Assembly: GCA_964469995.1 (NCBI GenBank)
Contig: CAYYAC010000002.1
Span: forward strand, 1-33,748
DNA from: an uncultured Gammaproteobacteria bacterium
GTDB taxonomy: Bacteria; Patescibacteriota; Microgenomatia; Levybacterales; UBA12049
Direction of reading: 5' to 3'
Length of the DNA stretch: 33,748 bases
The notes under the pieces were generated by a model. The model worked only from the letters and a program-made list of their open reading frames with translations. It made no database searches and had not been told where the DNA came from. Numbering within the stretch: position 1 is the stretch's first letter; every line of letters begins with the position of its first letter. Below are positions 25,131-30,678 of the stretch, piece after piece. The translations under genes and the position numbers were made by a program.

Positions 25131-26168
25131 TTAAAATTGTTCTAAAATTCTTAAATCTGGATTTGTTAAAAGACGTAAGTCGTCCATTTCAAATTTTAAA
25201 GTTGCCATTCTAGAAAATCCTGTTCCAAAGGCAAATCCTGAATATTCATTTGGATCTATTCCAACGGCTTTTAAAACGTTAGGATGAATCATTCCAGCTC
25301 CTAGTATTTCTACCCAGCCGCTTCTTTTGCAAAAACTGCATCCTTTTCCCTTACATACAACACAACTTATATATGCTTCAGCTCCTGGTTCTACAAAAGG
25401 AAAATTGTGGCAGACGAATTTAACTTTTGTTTTCTCTCCAAAAAATTGTTTTAAAAAATAATCCAGTGTGCCAAAAAGATGAGCCATGGAAACATTTTTA
25501 TCAACCATAAATCCTTCAACTTGCCAAAATTCAAATCCATGAGATGCATCAACCTGCTCATATCTAAAAACTTTTCCTGGAACTATAACTCTGAATGGGG
25601 GTTTTATTTTTTCCATTACCCTCCCCTGCATATTTGATGTCTGAGTTCTAAGGAGCATTTCTCCAGGAGAATAGCTTGTTCCTTGTGTGTCCATAAATAG
25701 GGTTTGCTGTGTATCCCGGGCCGGATGATCTTTTGGAATATTTAAAACTTCAAAATTATAATGGTCGCTTTCTATTTCTGGACCGTCTGCAACTTGAAAT
25801 CCAAGAGACTTAAAAATCTCAATGGTTTCATACATGACCTGGCTTATTGGATGCATATGTCCTATTTTTGGAGCGATTCCTGGAACTGTTCTGTCTATGC
25901 TTTCTTTCTTTTTAGACATAAATTCGTTTGAAAGCTGTTCTAGTTTTTCTTCAATACTTTGTTCTATTGTTTTCTTTATTTCATTTGCGAGCATTCCAAC
26001 TTCTGCTCTTTTCTCAATTGGAATTTTAGGAAGTTCTTTTAAGGCAATAGTTAACTTTCCGCTTTTTCCTAAGAATTGCAGTTTTGTTTCCTCTAATGAT
26101 TTTTTGTCCTCCGCCTCAAAAATAAAAGACAGCGCAGTATTTTTAATATTTATAAGTTCGTCTTCCAT
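25131..26168 (-). CDS. pheS: phenylalanyl-tRNA synthetase alpha subunit
   Basis: 345 aa; class II motifs (HPARD, FRYE, GFAFGTGFSRMA). Lies 2 nt upstream of pheT. Confidence 0.95.
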   Translation of the reverse strand: MEDELINIKNTALSFIFEAEDKKSLEETKLQFLGKSGKLTIALKELPKIPIEKRAEVGMLANEIKKTIEQSIEEKLEQLSNEFMSKKKESIDRTVPGIAPKIGHMHPISQVMYETIEIFKSLGFQVADGPEIESDHYNFEVLNIPKDHPARDTQQTLFMDTQGTSYSPGEMLLRTQTSNMQGRVMEKIKPPFRVIVPGKVFRYEQVDASHGFEFWQVEGFMVDKNVSMAHLFGTLDYFLKQFFGEKTKVKFVCHNFPFVEPGAEAYISCVVCKGKGCSFCKRSGWVEILGAGMIHPNVLKAVGIDPNEYSGFAFGTGFSRMATLKFEMDDLRLLTNPDLRILEQF

Positions 26169-26175
26169 AAATTAG

Positions 26176-26183
26176 ATTATACA
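26176..26183 (-). promoter_or_regulatory. extended -10 promoter abutting pheS
   Basis: Minus strand reads TGTATAAT, then 7 nt, then ATG 26168. No SD. Confidence 0.45.
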
Positions 26184-26191
26184 CAATTTAT

Positions 26192-26446
26192 TTATTTTTT
26201 TAACGTGTCTCTTAAAAAAATAGGAATTAATCCATCTTTTCTAGTTCGTATGGTTTCTGGAATTTCTATCTGTACCCCAGAAGGGCAATTTTCTTCTCCT
26301 ACCCCCTGTGCAATTGAGTCTTGTCGTGCCCTGCTTCTTGCAACATTAATAGGAGTAGGCTGCATTGCAGCTTCTACAGCGATATCCAATATAGGACAAC
26401 CAAAGCAATTTCCTGATTTTAATTTTATACAACTTTCTCTTTCCAT
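26192..26446 (-). CDS. hypothetical small Cys-containing protein (84 aa)
   Basis: MERESCIKLKSGNCFGCPIL...; AGGTG lies 6 nt before ATG 26446 (track GTG 26455). No family recognised. Confidence 0.5.
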   Translation of the reverse strand: MERESCIKLKSGNCFGCPILDIAVEAAMQPTPINVARSRARQDSIAQGVGEENCPSGVQIEIPETIRTRKDGLIPIFLRDTLKK

Positions 26447-26467
26447 AATATTCACCTACTTTCCCAC

Positions 26468-26492
26468 AAAAAAATCCCTCCGTGGAGGGATT
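26468..26492 (-). terminator. intrinsic terminator downstream of rplT
   Basis: Minus strand reads AATCCCTC-CACG-GAGGGATT followed by TTTTT. Confidence 0.75.
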
Positions 26493-26579
26493 CCGTGTAG
26501 CTTCTTTTACACTAAATCACCTCCCGGTTTGGGATGTAAAATAGTGTTTAAAGAAATTTCTTAACATATATTTATATTA

Positions 26580-26930
26580 CTAATTGCTTTTGACAGAGTC
26601 AACTATTTTTTTGAAAGTTTCAATATCGTTTACTACTAAATCACTCAAAATTTTTCTATCAAGTTCTATCTTTGAATTTTTAAGTCCATTTATTAATCTG
26701 CTGTAAGATATTCCCTCTACTTTTGCTGCCTCTCCAATTCTTATTATCCAAAGACCTCTTATATCTCTTTTCCTAAGTTTTCTTCCGTGATACGCATATG
26801 AGCCAGCATGAAGCGCTGCCTCTTTAGCATTTCTAACAAGCCTTCTCTTGCTTCCTAAAAAGCCTTTTGTAAGACCCAAAAGTTTATTGTGTTTTCTTTT
26901 TGAAACTACTCCTCTTTTTACTCTAGCCAT
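26580..26930 (-). CDS. rplT: 50S ribosomal protein L20
   Basis: MARVKRGVVSKRKHNKLL...AYHGRKLRKRDIRGLWIIRI is an L20 signature. AAGGAG lies upstream. Confidence 0.95.
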   Translation of the reverse strand: MARVKRGVVSKRKHNKLLGLTKGFLGSKRRLVRNAKEAALHAGSYAYHGRKLRKRDIRGLWIIRIGEAAKVEGISYSRLINGLKNSKIELDRKILSDLVVNDIETFKKIVDSVKSN

Positions 26931-26931
26931 A

Positions 26932-27084
26932 TTATTTTTCTCCTTTAAAACTTTTTACATTTGGAGTTTTAATGAATTTTGTAATTCTCTCCATGTATCT
27001 TCCAAAGTTTCTGTAAGAAGCCGTTGCACTTCTTTCAGAATTCGTTTGCTTGAAATTAATGTTCCTGTTTTTCTGGTTTTTCAT
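26932..27084 (-). CDS. unannotated 50-aa basic protein between rpmI and rplT
   Basis: Hand translation: MKNQKNRNINFKQTNSERSATASYRNFGRYMERITKFIKTPNVKSFKGEK. Its ATG overlaps the rpmI stop (TAATG), and its TAA is 1 nt before the rplT ATG. It fills the whole 153-nt gap. Confidence 0.55.
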   Translation of the reverse strand: MKNQKNRNINFKQTNSERSATASYRNFGRYMERITKFIKTPNVKSFKGEK

Positions 27085-27281
27085 TACTTTGCTCCAAGCA
27101 ATTGTTTAATTTTCTTAGCAAAAGCACCAGTTAATACTCCTGTTTCATTTTGCCTTCTTATTCTGCTTTTTGATTTTTTTAATTTGTGATGTCCAGCGTA
27201 TTGATGGGAAAACAAAACCTTACCGGTTTTTGTAACCTTAAATCTGCGGCTCACTGATCTCTTGATTTTCTTCTTTGGCAT
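27084..27281 (-). CDS. rpmI: 50S ribosomal protein L35
   Basis: MPKKKIKRSVSRRFKVTKTGKV...HHKLKKS is an L35 signature. Confidence 0.9.
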   Translation of the reverse strand: MPKKKIKRSVSRRFKVTKTGKVLFSHQYAGHHKLKKSKSRIRRQNETGVLTGAFAKKIKQLLGAK

Positions 27282-27828
27282 TTTTTCCTTTCTTGTCTGG
27301 CGAAATAAGACATAAAAGTTGTTTTCCTTCTAAGTGCATTTCTCTATCTATTTTAGATATATCAGACAAACTATCAATTGTTTTTCTTAATACTTCTTGT
27401 CCAAATTCTGGATGTGTTATTTGTCTTCCTCTAAATTTCACAACCAATTTGACTTTATTTCCGTCTTCTAAAAACCCTCTAGTTTTTCTTTTGACTACTT
27501 CTAAATCGTGCTCGTTAATAAAAGGACCAAGTCTTACTTCTTTTGTTTCAGAAGTCTTGGTCTTTTTCTTTTCTTCCTGTCTTTTTTTCTCCTGCTGGTA
27601 CAAAAACTTTTTAAAATCTACAATTTTTGCAACCGGTGGAGTGGCGGCTTCTGCTATCTCGACCAGATCAAGCCCTTGTTCTCCCGCCAATCTCAATGCT
27701 TCTTGTTTTGTTAATACTCCTATTTGCTTATTTTCACTGTCCAGTACTCTAAGAGTGGCAGCAAATATCCGCTCATTAGTTCTATAAAATTTTCTATTAT
27801 CCTGTTTTCTTTTAAAGTTTCTGCTCAA
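27238..27828 (-). CDS. infC: translation initiation factor IF-3
   Basis: TNERIFAATLRVLDSENKQIGVLTKQEALRLAGEQGLDLVEI and a C-domain KVKLVVKFRGRQITHPEFG. Start uncertain (IF-3 genes often use atypical starts). The C-terminal tail overlaps rpmI by 44 nt. Confidence 0.9.
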   Translation of the reverse strand: MSRNFKRKQDNRKFYRTNERIFAATLRVLDSENKQIGVLTKQEALRLAGEQGLDLVEIAEAATPPVAKIVDFKKFLYQQEKKRQEEKKKTKTSETKEVRLGPFINEHDLEVVKRKTRGFLEDGNKVKLVVKFRGRQITHPEFGQEVLRKTIDSLSDISKIDREMHLEGKQLLCLISPDKKGKNAKEENQEISEPQI

Positions 27829-29014
27829 TTTCTTTTTTTAGGACAGCTTGGAACTCTGAAATTGTTAATGTTTTAGAGTCCCCTTTTCTATCTCTTACTG
27901 AAAGCATATTGCCATCAGCAACTTCTTTCTCCCCTATTATACCTAAATAAGGCACTTTTTGTAAAGTGGCTGTACGTATCTTGGCTTGAAGGGTTTCAGA
28001 ACGTCCATCAACCTCAACTCTTATTCCCTCTTTTCTGAGTATCTCCGCTAGTTTTTCTGCATGCTCTTTTTGATTATCTGTTATTGGAAGTATCATAACT
28101 TGAACCGGAGCAAGCCATAATGGAAAAGCACCTTGGAATTGTTCTGTTAATATTCCAATAAATCTTTCCAGGCTTCCTGTAATTGCGCGGTGTACTATAA
28201 CGGGTCTTTTAGGTTCTCCATCATTGTCTATATATTCTAGTTTTAATTTCTCTGGAATTTGAAAATCAAGTTGGATGGTGGCCACTTGCCATTCTCTTTT
28301 TTGAGAATCTTCTATTTGAATATCAATTTTAGGTCCGTAGAATGCTCCGTCTTTTTCTTTTGTTCCATACTCTACATCTGATGCTTTTAGAGCTTCTTTA
28401 AGTCCCTCTTCTGCCTGGTCCCAAAGTTTTTCATCACCCATTGCGCTGTCAGGCTTTGTTGAAAGATAAAACTTTGGTTTAAAATTAAAACTTTTATAAA
28501 AATCTACAACAAGGTTTAATAAGCTTTGTATTTCTGCTTGAATTTGGTCAGGGCGCACATAAATATGTGCATCATCAATAGTAAATTGTCTGACACGGAA
28601 AAGTCCGCCCAATACTCCGGATAATTCGTTTCTGTGTAAAATTCCAAAATCAGAATATCTAATTGGTAAATCATGATAGCTTCTTGTTGTGTTAGAAAAT
28701 ATAAGAGCGGATTCTGGACAGTTCATTGGCTTTAAGGAATAACTTTCATCTTCTACATCTAGGTTGAACATATTTTCTTTATAGTGTTCCCAATGTCCTG
28801 AATTTTTAAACAATTGGCTTTTAGTCATAACAGGTGTTGAGATTTCTGTATAGCCTTCTTTAGCAAGTAAATCGCGGATAAAGCTTTGTAATGTTAAGTA
28901 AATTTTCCATCCTTTTGGGTGCCAAAAAACAGCACCAGGTGCTACTTCATGAAAAGAAAATAGATCTAATTCCTGACCGATTTGCCTGTGATCTTTAAGG
29001 TTTGAGTTGTCCAT
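27812..29014 (-). CDS. thrS: threonyl-tRNA synthetase, catalytic + anticodon-binding domains only
   Basis: 400 aa starting KDHRQIGQELDLFSFHEVAPGAVFWHPKGW, which matches about residue 240 of E. coli ThrRS. The Zn ligands are retained (MNCPES, DDAHIY, VHRAITGS). Confidence 0.9.
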   Translation of the reverse strand: MDNSNLKDHRQIGQELDLFSFHEVAPGAVFWHPKGWKIYLTLQSFIRDLLAKEGYTEISTPVMTKSQLFKNSGHWEHYKENMFNLDVEDESYSLKPMNCPESALIFSNTTRSYHDLPIRYSDFGILHRNELSGVLGGLFRVRQFTIDDAHIYVRPDQIQAEIQSLLNLVVDFYKSFNFKPKFYLSTKPDSAMGDEKLWDQAEEGLKEALKASDVEYGTKEKDGAFYGPKIDIQIEDSQKREWQVATIQLDFQIPEKLKLEYIDNDGEPKRPVIVHRAITGSLERFIGILTEQFQGAFPLWLAPVQVMILPITDNQKEHAEKLAEILRKEGIRVEVDGRSETLQAKIRTATLQKVPYLGIIGEKEVADGNMLSVRDRKGDSKTLTISEFQAVLKKEIEQKL

Positions 29015-29019
29015 GAGGC

Positions 29020-29241
29020 TTATTTTAGCAACTGAGAGTTGTTTTGTAAAACGTTTCTTATAATCTCGGTAACAAAGTTGCCAAAGAATGGAATTAAATC
29101 AACTTTTGAAAAAATAAAAATAAGAATGGCTACGATAATTGTGCTGCCAAGAAAAACACCCAAAGACCAGGCAATTCCGCCAATAAAATTATCTATAAAC
29201 ATTTTTTTTCTGTTCCTGTGAACTGCCTCGTTGGGCTGCAT
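29020..29241 (-). CDS. hypothetical small membrane protein (73 aa)
   Basis: MQPNEAVHRNRKKMFIDNFIGGIAWSLGVFLGSTIIVAILIFIF... On the minus strand TATACT + 6 nt precedes ATG 29241; the track start is TTG 29259. Confidence 0.5.
   Translation of the reverse strand: MQPNEAVHRNRKKMFIDNFIGGIAWSLGVFLGSTIIVAILIFIFSKVDLIPFFGNFVTEIIRNVLQNNSQLLK
29022..29050 (-). promoter_or_regulatory. sigma-70-like promoter abutting thrS
   Basis: Minus strand reads TTTACA (29050-29045), 17 nt, TAAAAT (29027-29022), 7 nt, ATG 29014. Confidence 0.5.
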
Positions 29242-29284
29242 GGAATTAGTATAGTACAATTATGTTTGCGAGGAAAGCGAGGTA

Positions 29285-30193
29285 TTATTTTGTAATAGTT
29301 CCTGTGACTGGAAAAACTTCGTAAAAGTTTTGAGGGAAAACTATATAAGGAAAGTCTCCTTTAACAGCTGGTTTTCCGGCAAGTCCTACATTTAAAGATC
29401 TTCTACTAGCTTCTGCCAAATATTCAGCATAACTTTTTCCAATAGCTCTTCCGCCGATTGCAAGACCAAAGCTGTTGCATGCTAATTCCTTGGCTAAGAC
29501 AAGTTCGTCCAGAGTAAGGTGCTCTTTTTTGTCAAATATCATAACTGATATTCCCATTCTTTGGCACGCTTCAATAGTAAAGGTTGTCGTTATAATTTCA
29601 GCATCTGTTTTAAAGAACGGACCTTTAAGAAACGGGCTATCGCTTTTTAAATGACGAAGTACAGTTGTATTTTCATTATTTCTTGTATCTATCAAAGTGT
29701 ATGCAGGCTGTTGAGTTTGTATTTGCAAAGGATAATTGTCTGCTAGCGCATTAATAGCCACAAGATTATCTGGAAGCACAAATATGTTTTGAGTAACTGA
29801 CTTGCCTCTTCCAACTGCAAGGGTGGCATCTTTTCCTTGAATTCTTGTTGGTATAGCATAATCCTGAGAAAGAGCAACTTCTACGGCATCAAGTAGTGCA
29901 GTTGCAGCTTTTTCATCAATAGGATTTGGAGCAAAATTTTCTATGGTAGTAATTCCGTCATCAAAAATACTTTTATGTTTTATTGTTTGAGTCTCAGGCA
30001 TACCTCTCTCTGCGAAAGCAGATTTAAGCTCTTTAGAAAATAAAACACCAGGATTTGCTGTTGCACCAGCTTTTGGTTGTTCGGCAGTTGCTTGTGGAAC
30101 AGCCTTGGGTGCTGTATCCGAACATCCTGCAAGAGCCAAGCTAAGTAGAGTTGCTTGACCTATTCTAGAAGCTCCTTCTTTCAAATTCCACAT
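29285..30193 (-). CDS. hypothetical lipoprotein
   Basis: Signal peptide with lipobox LSLALAG|C. 302 aa, no family recognised. Confidence 0.6.
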   Translation of the reverse strand: MWNLKEGASRIGQATLLSLALAGCSDTAPKAVPQATAEQPKAGATANPGVLFSKELKSAFAERGMPETQTIKHKSIFDDGITTIENFAPNPIDEKAATALLDAVEVALSQDYAIPTRIQGKDATLAVGRGKSVTQNIFVLPDNLVAINALADNYPLQIQTQQPAYTLIDTRNNENTTVLRHLKSDSPFLKGPFFKTDAEIITTTFTIEACQRMGISVMIFDKKEHLTLDELVLAKELACNSFGLAIGGRAIGKSYAEYLAEASRRSLNVGLAGKPAVKGDFPYIVFPQNFYEVFPVTGTITK

Positions 30194-30202
30194 AAGATAG
30201 CT

Positions 30203-30231
30203 ATTCTAACATAAAAACTATAGGCTGTCAA
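30203..30231 (-). promoter_or_regulatory. consensus promoter of the lipoprotein gene with CCTATAGTT spacer motif
   Basis: Minus strand reads TTGACA (30231-30226), 17 nt (gCCTATAGTTtttatgt), TAGAAT (30208-30203), 9 nt, ATG 30193. Confidence 0.55.
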
Positions 30232-30242
30232 CTGTGGGGACT

Positions 30243-30319
30243 TGGTGGGCCCAAGAGGATTCGAACCTCTGACCTTTACAATGTCAATGTAACGCTCTAA
30301 CCAACTGAGCTATGAGCCC
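30243..30319 (-). tRNA. tRNA-Val (anticodon GAC), CCA encoded
   Basis: GGGCTCA-TA-GCTC-AGTTGGTTA-GAGC-G-TTACA-TTGACAT-TGTAA-AGGTC-AGAGG-TTCGAAT-CCTCT-TGGGCCC-A-CCA. The cloverleaf was folded by hand. Confidence 0.9.
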
Positions 30320-30337
30320 GCGTTCACTATTTTACCA

Positions 30338-30550
30338 TTATGCTCCCATATTTTCTACGTGGCTTTGCCATTCAAATCTTCTCCTGGCGATTTCTTCCAC
30401 CTGGGCAACAAAAACTATGGTTGAAATAAGATTTGTCATCTCTTGTGTTTGAGGAGCACTTACTTCAAATTCCTGCTGAACATTTCTTGTATATCGTTCA
30501 AATCCTGGCATTACTGATATGTTTGGTAAATTTTCTTTCATATTTGACAT
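30338..30550 (-). CDS. hypothetical 70-aa protein
   Basis: MSNMKENLPNISVMPGFERY...; GGAGG lies 7 nt before ATG 30550. An alternative in-frame GTG at 30586 has its own GGGAGG. Confidence 0.5.
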   Translation of the reverse strand: MSNMKENLPNISVMPGFERYTRNVQQEFEVSAPQTQEMTNLISTIVFVAQVEEIARRRFEWQSHVENMGA

Positions 30551-30678
30551 AAAAAAACCTCCTTTTGGGAGGTTGTAAACACACAAAACCTCCCTTAACT
30601 AAATGTTAAGAAGAAGGTTTTTGATTGATTGATTTCTTTTCATAAAATAATATTAAATCCTTGCAACTTTCTTGTCAA
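30551..30678 (-). promoter_or_regulatory. promoter + 14-codon leader ORF + alternative hairpins (attenuator candidate)
   Basis: TTGACA 30678-30673, 17 nt, TAATAT 30655-30650, 6 nt, ATG 30643. Leader ORF is MKRNQSIKNLLLNI with stop at 30601-30599. GGGAGGTT 30594-30587, AACCTCCC 30574-30567, GGAGGTT 30562-30556, then T-run. Confidence 0.45.

Noticed and set aside
26205-26564. 119-aa plus-strand ORF spanning the pheS-rplT intergenic region.
   Set aside because: It runs antisense through the 84-aa minus-strand ORF (which has an AGGTG SD) and through the rplT terminator hairpin. It has no start context and no motifs.
26561-26572. 12-bp perfect palindrome AAGAAATTTCTT just downstream of the rplT stop.
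   Set aside because: Short AT-rich palindromes are expected by chance in this composition. It has no loop to form a hairpin and no second copy in the window.
26848-27189. 113-aa plus-strand ORF covering the rpmI-rplT gap.
   Set aside because: It is antisense to rplT, rpmI and the 50-aa coupled ORF, and its translation is hydrophobic low-complexity. The minus-strand reading has exact TAATG / TAA-n-ATG junctions, which explains the open region better.
25131-29014. T-box riboswitch or leader-peptide attenuators upstream of pheS, thrS and tyrS, and an L20-binding leader upstream of infC.
   Set aside because: The upstream gaps are only 5-23 nt (infC overlaps thrS), leaving no room for such leaders. 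No T-box-like sequence (conserved GGTGGTACCGCG-type core) was seen.
17899-30193. GC heterogeneity (purD, the lipoprotein gene and the pil genes look richer than recG, pheT and tyrS) considered as stand-alone evidence of horizontal transfer.
   Set aside because: It rests only on a few 60-nt lines counted by eye. Conserved core genes such as pilB are also GC-richer, so composition alone does not discriminate. It is mentioned only as a secondary note.
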